From the NCBI GenBank assembly GCA_040954595.2, contig CM082578.2, positions 13,048,204 through 13,112,203 on the forward strand: a stretch of DNA of 64,000 bases, written 5' to 3'. This document shows, piece by piece, positions 12,328 through 27,155 of the stretch (the first letter of the stretch is position 1; every line of letters begins with the position of its first letter). The stretch is from Balanoglossus misakiensis (Eukaryota; Animalia; Hemichordata). A program made the position numbers and the translations under genes. Under the pieces are notes generated by a model that made no database searches, was not told the origin of the DNA, and worked only from the letters and a program-made list of their open reading frames with translations.

Positions 12328-15300
12328 GGAGACAGTAATGGTCAGCCATGGGTAGTCAAGGATTTTAAACTGTAAACGCCGTGGGTTTATTTGCAGAGTA
12401 TCTAACAACATCACGAACAAATCGTGACGCATTCTAAACATCTCTGTCGAGGCGCTATGTATTTTTCTCTCTTTCCTTCCGCAAACAACGACCGTGCAAT
12501 GACGGAAAGGGAAAGGGGTTTCCTAGAAATGCAACGATGACGCGTGATGTCTGTTATGTGTTTTCTTCTATCATCGATGCCGACGCTTCGGGACACATCA
12601 CTATGAATCAGTTACCAACTACATGCGAAGTGGGTTATTTTTGCATTTCTGTATAAGATGAAGAATATCGTTTTAATACTGAATGCAGTCGTGTTTCTTC
12701 CATGGACGTTAATGACATGCACACAATACGATAATTGATAGCATCGTTCGAAAACTCGGCGGCCGTCGGGCTGAAAGACCACAAATGATTTGGAGATCAC
12801 CGTATATGCCGCCAAAGACCGCATGCCTTTTAATGATTAAACACATCGTACATCCACCGAGCTTACTGAAGTTGAAATGACGCCCTCAGGGTTGGTTACG
12901 CTTATTATCGAAATAGCATAACGAGTGAGTATTGTTTAGCGGGGAACTTCATCATTAATGGATGAAACCAGATTTGGGGATTTGCCGTGTAACTAATTTT
13001 TCTTGTCATATGACGGTTCTGTCTCATGAGATAATACAGTATACCTCTAAATGTGACAGCCAGAGTTGTCGATCGACTATCAAGATGCCGGCGAACGGGA
13101 CTATAATATTCCATAGTCTGTTTCAGGTGTGAACCATGCTATCAAAGCCGACTTGAATAGTGCAGATTAGGAGGTGGGATGGGAATTATATTTATGGGGA
13201 AGCATGTACATGTAATATCTATATGTGAATCTCCATCTTCCCATTTCGTTCAACTTGGACGACGATTGTTCCACACGAAAAGGACCTGTACTCTTGCTAT
13301 TCGGTTCACCTGTTTCAACATCTCGCCACTGGAAAGGAAACAAAACGCGACCTAACTGAACTAAAACTGTTGCTCAGTGGCCATCTGATACACTTCGTGC
13401 TGTTAACGCGACTCGCGATCGATCATGTGTCACCGATTCTTCATTGCATGCTCCACAGCCGGCATGTTGTCGCACACTTCGGTTCTTTAGTCTTTATTCA
13501 TACATGCCACAGTTTTTCGATGGTGCAAAATCAACAAGTCAAAAACAGTTTCACTGGACACGATCAAAATATGCAGACATTCTACCATCGGGGAGTAAAT
13601 TTCATTCTTAGTAGATGATGACAATAGTGAACAGTAATTGCTTGGACATTTTGGGTACGTTACTTTTTTTCTTCGTGGGCAGAACATCGCACCACACCCA
13701 CACCACGTCACACCACGTGTACACCGCAGTTGCAAGGGCGCCCTCGAATATTGTTCCTCGCGTCATAGCTATAGGCGGTCGTTCAAACCTTAGAGCAGGG
13801 TTTCATTACATATTGAAAGTTTGAAACAGGGCCAAAGTGAAAATACAGGGGCCAACAACCAGATGGGTGAAAAGCGGGGCGAGCAGAATAGATGTAAGTG
13901 ATGACACAACTTTTTTAATGGTTACACATTATTTATTCGAACATCGTCTTCTTGTATATCAGCCGAACGCGATAATAACACCCTGTTTTTTTGCACAAAG
14001 TCGTAGTAAAAGAACAGTAAATGCACCTAGCTGTTTTCAGCGTTTGTGTCTGTATCAAATGCAGTTTTTTCTACCGTCTTCAGCATGATAGACTAACCCG
14101 GTATTCTGCTTATCAACAAATCCTGTATACGTGTTACAATATAAAGGACCATACCGTTCCGTTGACACATACTGACGCTGGTAGCCGGGGGGGGGGGGGT
14201 CATTTGAATTTATGACGCTGCAAAGGGGGGGGGGGGTCATGTTTTTCCCGTCACTGCTGCCAAGTGAATTTCAGAGCAGACTCCAATTTTTAACAGTAAC
14301 AGATGAGGACGGAAACCCCGTGGACTGTGCCGATAAATACGCCTCAGGGATTTCAACAATTAACTGCAGTGTGAACACAAAACAAAAGTACCGAAGAAAT
14401 GGCCGAAGGTTACAGCTGATGGACTTTAATCAAATTCAAAGTCACTGATGTCTTGATCTGACACTGCTTGAGGTCCCAGAATATTTATTACTCCATATAT
14501 CTCGCTGACAAATCTGTTCTCACTCTGTGATCGATAAACAGACACTGTTATCTGTCTACCCCGGCTCCCACGTGTTTGAGCAAGAGCCTGTGCAGTGGTT
14601 CAACACAATTGATAAGGTTTGTGTGGACTGATAAAACCGCGACACCGTGAATTTTGCCCTGCTCTCGGAAACCCGGATCGCTCGTATACCTCCACGCCCC
14701 CCCCCCCCTCACCCCCGACAAAGTCAACACAAGGCTGGTTGATTCTGTTCGCTAGTGACGTCATAATTGCCCACGTGCACACATCTGTTGAGCAACATGG
14801 CATCAAGTCATACGTGTAATGACTCTCAAGTGGTGAACAGGCGGGAACCGCAAGCAGAGCAAAAACTGAAACTGTTATTTTTTTCAACGAACCATCTACA
14901 GTCAAGAAAATATGTTCGATAACAAGCTACCATCAGCATGATCCCCATGATGTTAGGACCTTTACTTCAACGTTTATACGATGCGAAATGATCCGAAAAA
15001 TAAGTAAAATACCAAAATGCCAGGGGAAATCGCATTACGTGCTCGGCAAGCTTCTCTTAGCTGACAAGAGATATAAAGCCTATAGACATGTAGGCGTTTA
15101 ATTTGTGTAATTTTGCATTACTGTAGTGACAAGTGCGATGTAATTCATTTTTCATTTTCTTGTGCTAGTTGTCAAATCTACGTCAGATTTTAATAGCGGG
15201 TGATTGTGCAGGGGCATGTGTTTTTAACCAAGTCGATCATTATGTTTCAGTTCTGTAGGCAATGAATTAACAAACTATGCATGGAGATTATCGTATACAA

Positions 15301-15361
15301 TATGTGATACATTTATTCCAGTCACATGGCTGCTATGCCTGAACGGTACTACGAGTCACCG

Positions 15362-15428
15362 GACTGCACTGTCCTGTCCCGCACTGTCCTGTCCCGCACT
15401 GTCCTGTCCTGCCCTGCACTGTACTGTA
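15362..15428. repeat. Pentamer-derived simple repeat (15-bp unit cgcactgtcctgtcc, about 3 copies)
   Basis: Seen directly in the sequence. Confidence 0.85.
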
Positions 15429-17402
15429 CGGCCACACCGCATCGCACACTACCTACTTGTTTAACCGAGTCGCCAGATGAAACCACACCACCTGTTCTTT
15501 TGATCGATGCTGGTAACCGAAATATAAGTTGAAAGAAAAACAAGTGTGATAAAATCTAGATGAACATAGCGCGAACGGTGACGACCTTTGACAATTCACA
15601 ACAGCCATGTCGACTATACTAATACATAGCCCACACCCGTTCTTCGGATATATGTTTTGGATTAATTAAAAACATACTGCCTTTGAAACTTCGCTATTTT
15701 AATCCAAGGTGACTTTGACTTCAGGGTCGATGAAATTCAGTAAAATACAAACAGGCGCATCTGTTGACCATGTCAGTGGACATCGACCGTGCTGAAGTGA
15801 CACGCGCAAACTTGAGATGAACGCTGACCTAAATCCAAAGAATTCGACGGAATCTGCGATATGGGCGAATACCCAACATATTCCAACGGCATTCGTGACG
15901 GATTTCAACAGCATCCGGCGAAAAATCCAGTGATGAATTGCACTACATGTAGAACCCTTTGGGAACACATCAGGGATTCATTTGTCATTTGTATGCCTCC
16001 CGTTGACACCGCACTTGTCTTATCTTTGGATATGAAAATGAAAGCTCATACATAGTACAAGAACCGCCAGTTACACACTCAATGTATACTCTCACACAAA
16101 AAACTTACAGTGTGCAGGAGTCCCCTAAAATCTGGACAACCCCTGATTATACCCACTTCAGCTGACAATTATATTTGAGTACATTCTATTCTATTTTATA
16201 GAAGAAAAAAAACGACGCATTAGTAAACATTTGCCACATTGTTGAATACGTGGTAATTGTCTTTAACTGTATGTATATACCTTATTTAAGGCCACTCACA
16301 CTATCATATATGCACCTCCATTGTCTGTAGACAAGGACTGTTTTGCACGTAGCAAATGATTTTATCATTAGCACAGTATCAAACCACGACCGCCCATACC
16401 CTTGGAAGCAACATTTAAACACACCCTGAAACCTCAATACAAATTATGAACATTTTGTATTCCGATTGGTCCATCTTTGCGACTGCAAGTTTTGATATAT
16501 TATATGAATCGACAGCACAAAACAGACGGCAATATTCACGAGCCTTATCTTTATTACACGGTAGATAGTTAGCTAGATAGCCCGCGTTTTTTTTTATCTC
16601 CGCGACCGAATTAGTTCCTGGCTTAAGGGCTGTTCCGTGAGTTCCGTGTAACGAACGACACGTCTGTTTATCGAATCTATTCTGTAAAGTTTGCGCTCCT
16701 TTCATCCTCAATATTCCGATATGTAAACTAAAACCGAAGACATTGACGTCATGTTTATCAGTTGGCAGAGCTGACCTTCATCTTTTGTGACAACGCTGAA
16801 GAAAACGACGCAGTAGATTCTTTAAAAAGCGGAACTTCTTGGAATCGTTTAAAGTGAGTTCACATGAACCGCACTTTACATTATATTTGTGGAGCCACTC
16901 AGGAACGCCTGTATATGCTCGCGCAGTTAAATATATGATTTTTCAAGATCACGTTTCTAATTGTGCGTAATGCCACATTTACGTGGATTCTTATGTGCGT
17001 CGATTGGAAGGCAGTGAGTTGCTTTATACACAGCTTCAGGGTTTATTCTTTCCAGAAGGTTGGCCCAACATCGCCGACAAATGGTAATTTACCCAACACA
17101 CGGCGGTACCATTAAAAGTACTATATAGTAGCTTTCAATGAAAGGTCACAACGTACGATGTTTTTCTTCGTTAATCTCGGCCAAACATCGACCGGTTTGG
17201 ATTTAAATTCGACGTTCATTTATTAATAGCTGACGAATAATTTCGCGGGGAACTATCTCAATGCTTACATTTGCATGCATGTGACGGCTTGACTAAGATG
17301 TCGCTGTGGTTTATTTACGCACGATAACCCGAACCTATATGGTTATAGCGCTGAAAGCCAAATGAGGTCATATTAGATCACTATTTTGTAACACGGCCAC
17401 CT

Positions 17403-17574
17403 ATGCAAATTTAGCTATAGTTACCATGGTAAATTGAGATCTAGCCAATCACAGATTTTCAGTTGGTGGTGCACGCGAAAAAAGAGCGCCACCATATGTT
17501 CTTTAGAACGTTCAAATACTCCATTTCACCCATATATGGGCGTATGTAAATTGGAGGTGACTGTATACCTTTAA
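17403..17574. promoter_or_regulatory. Dense transcription-factor motif cluster ending in a Kolobok-like terminus
   Basis: ATGCAAAT 17403, GTTACCATGGTAA 17420, CCAAT 17445, CCATATATGG 17530, and terminus ...tgactgtatacct|TTAA at 17558-17574. Confidence 0.35.
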
Positions 17575-19235
17575 TATAGGCCTTGTCTGTGATCGCGGTT
17601 GAAACGATCTCTGTTAGAGAACACGGTTAATGGATCCACTTGTTTCCGAGGGTTGCGCATTGTAACCTTTTTGCAAGATACTTTAGGTCAATATTAAGTA
17701 CCTGGCCAATAAAAATGCCGGCGGGTATGACTAATGTATAACTTATCACTAGAGTATTGAACATAAAGTGTTCAGCCTTCAGGAGAAGTCCACCTATCCG
17801 CGCGTATAATGTAATTCTCATGAAATTACTTTATTTATTTTTCAAAACTCAAAAGTTTGGAGCTTCACAGCCAGAATAAATGCGGTGTGTGTTAGAAAGA
17901 ACATCGTGCCTATTCTATATCATGTAAGCTTGGATTGATGACATTGTGTATTAAACAAAAAGAATCAGATTATCTGGTTAATACGACCATCAGTTGTGCC
18001 GGATGAGAGTTACACTTCTGCACATAACTTTGCCTAAATCCGTCCTTCTAAGATGTTAACGAAATGACACTTACTACACATATTGATGATACAGACATTT
18101 TGCAGTCACAATCATTTATAACTTGAGGCTGAACTGGGCAAAATCGAAGAGTACAAATATGGTATAGACACAATTAGAACTGTTTTCAAAGGTCAGCTTG
18201 CTGTTTAAGGCATTTCCAAGAAGAGAGATACACGATTTATTTCAATGATTGGTAGCGGGCTTTTGCGAAGTGATGTTTACCGCGAGTGTTGTAGTACAAT
18301 GAGTAGAGAGGGGAAAGCACTTCTGATGAGAGTTAGCAGATGTTTGTCGTGACTTCCTTGAATGGATAGACAATCGTGACAAGTGAAGGCCTGGTCCCAT
18401 TGAATGCCGCGTTACTTTAGATGAGTTAAAATCCTTTCTTCTTTGATGATCAATGCAAGGAAATGAAAAGGCCGGCACTGTGGCACGCAACAAGAATACA
18501 AATTAAAGAAGATATTTTTGTTACCATTTCTTGATAAGCAATAAGACATGTACTTCACGACCGCGGAAAACACATTGCATGTCCCAAAGAATCCGAGAGC
18601 TACCTTAAAAGCCTTTCCGCGAGTCCAAAGGCTATTTAGAGATGACGCACAATTCTTGGAAAGAGACATTAACTGTTGCCCGCATATGGGCATAAGAGAA
18701 GGTAACTGGTCCATAGTTGTTTGAGATTGCGATCCCCAAAGCAACATGGGATTTTTTTTTATAAAAACGCGTATTCAACTCGCTCGTGTTCTAATAAGCG
18801 TGTATAAAATGATTGAGATTGGCTTCAGGGGAGAATAGGAAACTTTTCACTCTCATCGCATGCATTTGATGATAGTAATTTTGTTTTCCATTGTGCGTGT
18901 AAGCTGATGGATTGGCCCTGATGCGGTTCTACTTGCTGGAGTGCAGTAGCCTTATGCGCGCACCCTGCCACGTGCCAAACACCACATACCTGGTATACTA
19001 GTCTAATGGACAGGATTGCTAGTGATGTTCTATATTCATGAGATATGAGGACAGGGAAAGCAGGTATCTATTGATAATCTCCCGTTGTAATCAGTCGGTC
19101 GTCATTTCAGATCAAACAATCTTTTTATTGTTATCAAAAAGTTGATAAAATATGACTGTTGTTGGTAATTATAAGGATTCTACTTTACAAAAATAACCAA
19201 TTGCTCTTCAGACTGGCATACGATGGCACCTGCGT

Positions 19236-19314
19236 TGTGGGATAGAACTGGAGGGGCTTTTGGAGGGGTACTTGCGGAAGTACCCCTCCAAAACCCCTCC
19301 AATTCTATCCCACA
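19236..19314. repeat. ~80-bp near-perfect inverted repeat (hairpin), probable mini foldback element
   Basis: tgtgggatagaa-c-tggagggg-c-ttttggaggggtactt [gcgg] aagtacccctccaaaa-cccctcca-a-ttctatcccaca. Confidence 0.85.
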
Positions 19315-22300
19315 CAGCACCTTGTTTCCAAGATGGCGGTTAAGACAAACCTCCCCTATACGTTCGTACGCATTAAACCAATTTGGGGCCGTAGATAAAC
19401 AAACAACGCTTATGTTATCATGATAATTTGTATTGACCCCAACCCCTTTGGGAGTGCGAACACAATACGAAAAGCTTGTTGCTTTTTCCCCTTTCCAATA
19501 CCAGCAACACCTCCAGAGAGATATATTCGATCATCCCACTACTACTAAAATAGTACAAAGCAAATTGAAACCGCGTCTTCATTTTAAGTTGCCATATATA
19601 GTGACTCGAAATTATGAAAAAATTATTTCACGGGTAGTCACGTGGTAGCAATATCAGCCCAATGCATATGTGTACAACTCGGGGCACATACCGGTTAATC
19701 AATAAACCAACTCCACTTTAATTTAAAAAACACGAAAATAGGCCAATTCGCATCTCTCAAATGACAATATTTAAAATTTTTAATAGACCAATATCTTAAC
19801 CGCGCAATTTAACGAAGAGTCCATAATGTAAGAATATAACTGCTGCAGTCGGGATGTTTGACTTTTCAACTGAGGAGATCAACGTGCAAAACTCAAAACA
19901 CCGTGAAACCAAACAGTCATCTACAAAACGTGTGTGTGTTGTACAAACAAGCAAACGCAACATATAAGCTGTTGTCCAGGTTGCATGATTGCGTGGTGCA
20001 GTATGCAACTTAGCAGGTGCATGTACGCCTAATGGCCGGTCAAAACCAATGTGCCTGAAACGTTTCATGGCGCCAGTGTTTGTCTTCTTTAACAGGTCAG
20101 AGGCCGACGACGACGACGATGTCAGAACGCGAAAAGTTAAGAGTAAGCCTTCTGGGCGCTCTTTATTTGTCGACGGCAGTCTGTTGGAGATCTCATATCT
20201 CAGCAACTTTACGAGAACCTACATGTACACCGCCATAACCGGCTATTCATTTCATTCGCAGTGCCGGCTTTTTGTTTCACTTCACCTACTGTGCTCGCCG
20301 GCAGCATTCGCATTAAGGATTTTGCAGCTCGTTGTAAAAGTTTCAGTTTATCTAAAATCACTGCGTCACGTTTCCTTAGCACTTCCTTTAAAATATCGAC
20401 TTTGACCTTATACAATCTTGATTCAGACAAACGTTGAAGGAGAGATGATTAAAGGCGTTCACATGTAGATGCACTCATCCAAGTTTTCAATTTGCCTTGA
20501 TTGAGTGATTTCAACGCTGCAGGTAGCGACCATTTCCCGGGAAAGTTTCGAAATATCAGAGTGCCTCTTTCGTGTCATTACGGTCACGTGTCCGCTGCTC
20601 ACCAAAGGGGGGGGGGGCAACCAATTCATTTTATTTTCTATTTTCCCGGAAATTTGCCGCTTCATGTCGGCTGCTTGATTCAGATATTAAAACATCGACC
20701 TTGGGCACCAGAAAGCAATAGGTATACATCGTCTTCGTGTATACGACATCGAAATACTCTCTCACGAACTCAACGTTAATGAACTGCGCGTGTATTCTTC
20801 GAACTAAAAGAGTTTGAAAGGCTATCTTACAAAACATGTCCGCCGGAGGGGTCTATCTCAATCAGTAAGCTCTCTCCCTACTGGGGCAGAGAGTCGTGTA
20901 CAGTCAGATAATTTGCTTCGAGGGGAGTTTATTTTGTATACCACAGCCGAAGCAGCCGCGTATGCATATACGTTTACTTGATTACTGCTCTAGATCACTG
21001 CCCTAAGATTTACCAATCGAACGACTACAAACAAGGCTGAGCCCGGCACTGGTAATCCATGGTTTCTACTAATGACTAGTTCGCCATCAACAATCCTAAC
21101 TGTAAGCTAATTAACTTAACAACTCGTAATAACCCATGCTCTTTACTGTTTAAAGGGGTGTTCAGTCTAGCCTGGCAGCATTTACATAATTGCTATAGCT
21201 TTGGGTTCGGTTATTCGGGGAAAGCCATTTTAGACATGCATGATTCGCAATGCTTTATGGTTCGTTGGTTTTAAAACGTCGCAAAAGTTCACTCCGCACT
21301 GGTTGCCGGGAAACCGGCTGTGACATGCTGAAAACGATGCGGCTTTTATTTTAAAGTTATACGTAGAATCTAGATTGCATTGTGATGTTCATAGCCCGTC
21401 TGACCTCGTCGAAAAAAAACACATTCTAAGATAGTACTTATACTATGGAATACCATGCTGAGATTAAACCGGATCACTGAACGCTCTATTTACTAAGGTC
21501 GAACACCAATTGACAACGAGGGCACCCTGGAGAAATAGAGAAGCGGCGAAGGTAGTTTGATCAGTACATAATCGGCCACGCACTCCACAAATTGCGATGA
21601 AATAGGTACAGAGCGCTGAATAAAGCATTAGAGTAATAGAGATGGTAGGATAATGATGTAGACGTACATGCGTGTTTAATCCCTCACTTATTTCTGAAAT
21701 ATAGAAAAGTGGATGAGATATTAATGACGTCATATACAGGATATTCACATTTACGGTGGTGTGCGTGTAATGTTATGAAGAGTGATAGAGACGACAAGCA
21801 TATGGTTGAAAATAGCATGTCGCCGTTTTCCTGCAAATACTTGTGTTCACAAGTAAATGTCCACACACTAATAATACAAGCATGTCCTCCATCGATATAC
21901 GAAATATTGCACTGAATGTACACGTCACCCTATAAACTAAAACCCATTATCAACTGTTCTGTTCAAGAGACATTATGGATTCTGGTGCACGTCAATATTT
22001 ATCGGAGAAATTGCTGTTAAAAAGCAACATCAATCTTCAGAGACAGGTCGCTTTAATCTGTTAATTAGAATACACATTCTGTGGCACTTTGAATGGACCG
22101 CGAAAGAGCAATTACATCGACTGTAAAATACATGGCGTTATCAAGAAAGCAGTCTGTATATCTATACTGCCGCGTTCGTAATGTTAGCCCCGTACTTTCT
22201 TGCGATAAAACAGTGCGCGGCTGGAACTACTCACGAGCTCGCTTCCAGGGTATCATTCAGTCTGGTGGAGGGACTGTGTGCATGCGCAGTGTATGCTACG

Positions 22301-25300
22301 ATTTCTTCTTCGGGCTCCGTGCTACCATGGTAAACTGATCACCAAGCGTTGTGGCCTGAACTATCAAGACTTATACCACTACATGTGCGTGTGAAACAAG
22401 CCCACCTGTCTAGTGTGAGTACCGCTCCTTTATAAAGCTTGCAGGCGCGTTGAATGCATCATTTATTGGCATCATTTATTATCACGCACCAAAAGTGCCT
22501 TGATAACAAAGTTATATTCAAAAGTACTCACCAAAGTGATGGCCAGTAATGAAATTACGACACATATCTAGATAGGTCGTTCGGATGAACTGTCGTTTTA
22601 CAAACGTCGACGTGACTTTGCGGGTTTGTAAAGTGTTTCCCGCACAAAGCAGTGTTGCTGTAGGCGCCAAGGTTCGTGTCCAGCGATAGCGACTACACCG
22701 CCGAATGTATGAAAACCTTGGGGAAAATAGTGACAGTAATTTGACAACGCACACTCCCCCGAAGTAATAAACGGTTTTTGTGGTAATTATGACGTGTGAA
22801 TAGTGAATACGAACAGAATCCTTGCAGACGACAATTAAAATACATGGACCAAAAATCAAATTCCAGAAAAGTCGCCGTTGGGTCACAAATTGTGTTGAAG
22901 TTCGTTTGCACTGCAATATCTGTCAAGTCGCGCGTAACACGAATATAGGTTGCATCAATTGTAACGTTATAAGCTTACCACTGTTTTCACAAATTTATGA
23001 GTACATTTACCCGTGTGTTCAAATGACCCGGCATTGGTGTTTAAAATTCAGACAGGTGGTTTAATTTAAATACTCATTAACACTTAAGGTTAGAATGTAA
23101 TTGTGTCCTCGGCGTGTCATTTTCCCGGCGGCTAAACGCTGTGCCTTTAATGTCGAAATATTTGTCACATCCAGTCGTGATAGCTCGCAGCCATCCAACA
23201 TCAGTGGTAATTACTTAACGTCTGTTCTGTTTTGCCGATGTCACTGACTTTCACGAACACCTCGTAATTTTGCACCGATGGCACACAACTTAACAGCTTG
23301 AAAACGCAGCACTGCTTTCACGAGGCACATTCCGCCTGAACACGGCGACACTTTACCAGTTTTCATCACTGTGGATAGTGTCAGTTATATACCCTGGACT
23401 GCTATCAAGAAGAAATTCACATGTGATTAACAAAATCTTGTCTTGTATTCAACGGTGAACAGGGGTAACCGTGTAATCCCATAAGATTGTGCATTGAAGA
23501 TCCGATTTTCTGGCGTGAGACACAATTCTCGTTGCACCGTTCTTTCATGCCGAACAGCTCGAGTGGATGCAGATGGCAATGCATCCATGAGGGTATTACA
23601 GTAATTGGGGGAATAGACCTGCATCTGACAAACTGCATTTGTGATACGCGATGACGAAAGCGACTGAGTTGCATCGGTGAATGGCAACGTAGTTATATGG
23701 TGTCCATCACATTTAACCTAATAATCCCCACAACGTTATAAAATTGAACAAAATAGACAGGATACAATGGGAATGAGTTTATAACCCCAATATTTCTGTA
23801 AGCAGGGCTTCACTTTTCTCTGTCGTTGAGTCGGAGTTTATTTTTGCGTCATCTATGTTAAATATCTTGAACTGCCGTTTCCTTCTTGTGTAGTGCGGGC
23901 AACGCCTTGGCGATAAAAATATTGTCGGCTGAATAATAATGAAAACTGACTTAGTGATACATCACTTGATTACCTCACTTGCTTAGGTCATCATGTGATT
24001 GAATATAAATGAAGAACAATAATCTACCTATACCTACCTCCTGTTACGTAGGAGACGTTTGCTGTTGTTTTGTGACCAGGTGTGTTTTCGCTTACTTTCG
24101 TAATTTGAATTTTGCGTGACCAGGTGTGGTGCATTCATTATTTTCCCCATATAAAAAGCCCGCACGTTGTGTTGCGGCGTAGCTACTAATTTGGACTTGC
24201 CCGTGTGAGCTGTTCTGTTCCTCGCCGGCTTGGAAGCTGTGCCTTGTTTCATGCTGCCCTGGTCTGGAAACCGCGTCCAGAAGCCGTCTTGTGTCATGCT
24301 GCACTGGTATGTACCTAGAAATATACGTACATGCGGGGGGGGGGGGGACCACACTTGAAACATTGCGAAGCATGAAAAAAATATACTGCATCAACTACGT
24401 GGCACTGAAAAGACGATTAAGGTGTGTGCTAAACCTTGTTAAAAACGGATCGTGCGCTATTTGGAAACTAATTTTGTGGAACTGTCGTATCGATTGCGAA
24501 AAGCATGTTCTTGGAAAGTCAATTCCGTGACAATTATGATTACAGCGAGTGATTGAGCCAAAGCTCCCACAAATACGAGGTCGAAATAAAAAAAGAAGAT
24601 CAAGAAAGGTTGTAGAGATAGAAATTTTAACCGTGAATTAGTCTCAGTGTAGTTGGATATTTTACGGCCGTGAATGTGTCTAAATGCCGTAAATGATGAC
24701 GGTACGGCGGACAGACAATATAATCGGGAAATGAACTAGAAATCGTAACCCTGGATGTAGATAGAAATAAATTAATAAGCTTTTTGGAAATTATTTCGTA
24801 TTTGACAGCTTTTTTATGCGACTGACAAAAAAAAAACACGACAGCAAGAATGTTTTGATTGGCATTAGAGAACCGTGGACTAAAATTACTTAAATAGTAA
24901 AGCCTTTTCTAATTACCTCCTGTCGACTATGTCTGATACACATACGTGTAATATTGTAGTATGTCTGTCCTACATTCGGTTCCTTAACCATACTTCACAG
25001 AGAAAGCACGACTACATGCACATAGTGTTTTGTCGTGTGCACTCGTCCACGCCCGTGTTTTTTTCATGTAATTTGGTCGAATTCACAGTCTCATTTATTT
25101 CCCCTGAAATTGCCGCAATTTAACGACTCTATTTTTCTGCTAACAGATGCACACGTTTCACGATATGAATGCATAAAACAGTTGTTCGATTTGAGCTTCA
25201 GGGAAACCTTAAAGGAAAAGATGACATTTCAGTATCCCAATTTCATAATAAAATTCAAGGGCGTAGCTGTTTTCAGTAAGTGTATGGTCATACGTTTGGA

Positions 25301-25896
25301 TTTAGAGAGTGTTATTTAGAAAGAAAGAAAAGTGGGTCGATCGAAGATTTCTTGACAGAATTGATCTGAGACGGGAGTATTTTGCTGTTTGGCAGCATAA
25401 GGTTTTCGCTGTTCGAGAAATGAGCGGGAAAACTCAGTTGGACAACATGTGCAAACCCCTAAGAGTAAATTTATTTACAGTTGCCTCAAAAATATTTATA
25501 ATTTGATGAATCGGTGTATTGAAAGCATAAATAGTATAATAATCAGCATTACATCTGCTGCGATTTACAAATTTGTAAATAAATATTGGCAGAATTTCAA
25601 TCTTTGAACTCTTTGTCGTGCACCTTGGGTACAGTTGGCCAGCTGTAATAAACGAGATTTACAGTAGACTCAACAGATCATCATCACGTACATCTGTTGG
25701 GTTAATTTCTTGAGATCTAATGAACCCCATTGCTTGGTGTATGGTAGCTGCTCATAACAGATCAAACAATGAAGGTACTAACAGGCTAATATCGCTGAGA
25801 GCAACTTCCTCGTGATTCAGGATTTTGCGAAGCGGATCCAGAGACCGTTGTGTGGCAACGGTGACGTAGAATCAAACTTGTTTTATTTCCGTACAG

Positions 25897-26239
25897 CTCG
25901 AAAGAGGAATTCTCTTTAACGAAGCCACTGCAACTGCGTGCGGCTTTTGTGCATTCGCATCGCTGTTAGCAACGATTATTTCAACTGCTGTTATACTGTA
26001 TAAGGCGTTTTAAAAAGTGCAAACAATATACAATATATTGGGCCAATTTTAATGTGGACTTTGCTCAAATTTACAGTTAACCGTTAAAATTTACAGTTAC
26101 AGTTAAAATTAAGGAGCGAGCTAAATATATATGAATTCCGAAATATCATTGGCACGACTTTGTTAACATGTAGTGTAATGCATACGTGACGTGTTGTGGC
26201 CAAAGTAAGGATGACCTAAAACAAAACAGAGAACAATTG
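25897..26239 (+). other. Candidate 5'UTR exon of GPCR1
   Basis: Acceptor ttttatttccgtacag| at 25896 and consensus donor ttg|gtaagt at 26240. The next acceptor, gttgtttttcag| at 26914, opens the GPCR1 coding exon. Confidence 0.35.
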
Positions 26240-26798
26240 GTAAGTTCCTCTACGCTAGTGTTGCCTAATTAATTATGAACGCATTCAACGGAACTGACAG
26301 TAATACATGGGACCCCTTCAATTAAGATTAAGAATCATGGCCATGTTCAACCATCATCGAATGTATACGATGAGAACATTACCAAGAAGCAAAGAACCCC
26401 GAGGGCGAACTGTAAAAAAATTGTATTATCAATGCCTGTGATAAAAATATCACGACCCGCACGATGGATCTATCTCTCTCCGGGGTAGGAAACTTCTGTT
26501 CTCCATATGTCAAGCAAGTGTTCATCTGCCCTCGAACACAAGATATGCATTACGGCTATGTTTGTCTTGAAGTTCATCTACGACCTTGGTTTCCTTAATG
26601 AAACGGGAGCACTCCACAAACCCATCTGTCACTGCCGTTGATGTTCCGAAATAACAGTCTGTGCAAACCATGGCCCAACTTCGCTAATCGACTCCACAAG
26701 TGACAAAAATAGTAATTGTATAATTAAACAAACGTTGTAGAGATGCCAGAGCAAAAGGACCGATCACAAAATTAAATTGCTACGAGATAATATATACA

Positions 26799-26853
26799 CA
26801 TCCATCCATCCATCCATCCATCCATCCATCCATCCACACATACATACATACAT
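26799..26853. repeat. (ATCC)n/(ACAT)n compound microsatellite
   Basis: Seen directly in the sequence. Confidence 0.9.
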
Positions 26854-27155
26854 CCGCTTTTATGCCTTTTGAAAGATTAAAAACTTATCATTGCCTTGTT
26901 TAGTTGTTTTTCAGACTGTCGGCCTTTTCGGGGAGTATTACTGCTGAGGGCGCCCCACAGCCACTTCGCATTATGCCCATCGATATTCAAAAGTTATAAG
27001 AAACCTTCGCAGTCTGCGCAGGGCTACACCACACTGCATTCTAATACAACCGACCATAGCCAGTAGAAGGCAGGCTGTGTACCGATGAAAAGCAGTCGGA
27101 CAGTGTTCCGTGTGAACACTCAGTTGCAGAGACGTTGCCTGCAAGCACTTTAAAC

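Noticed and set aside
14143-14740. MITE with poly-G and poly-C ends
   Set aside because: The G-runs and C-run suggest inverted ends, but terminal similarity is too degraded to define. G/C homopolymers occur at several other places in the window.
20096-20141. Exon encoding SEADDDDDVRTRK
   Set aside because: The acceptor is plausible, but there are no partner coding exons. The acidic run comes from a short (GAC)n repeat. It could be a UTR exon but this is unsupported.
26398-26536. Second palindromic element (cgagggc...gccctcg)
   Set aside because: Only 7 bp of inverted match and no internal pairing; too weak to call.
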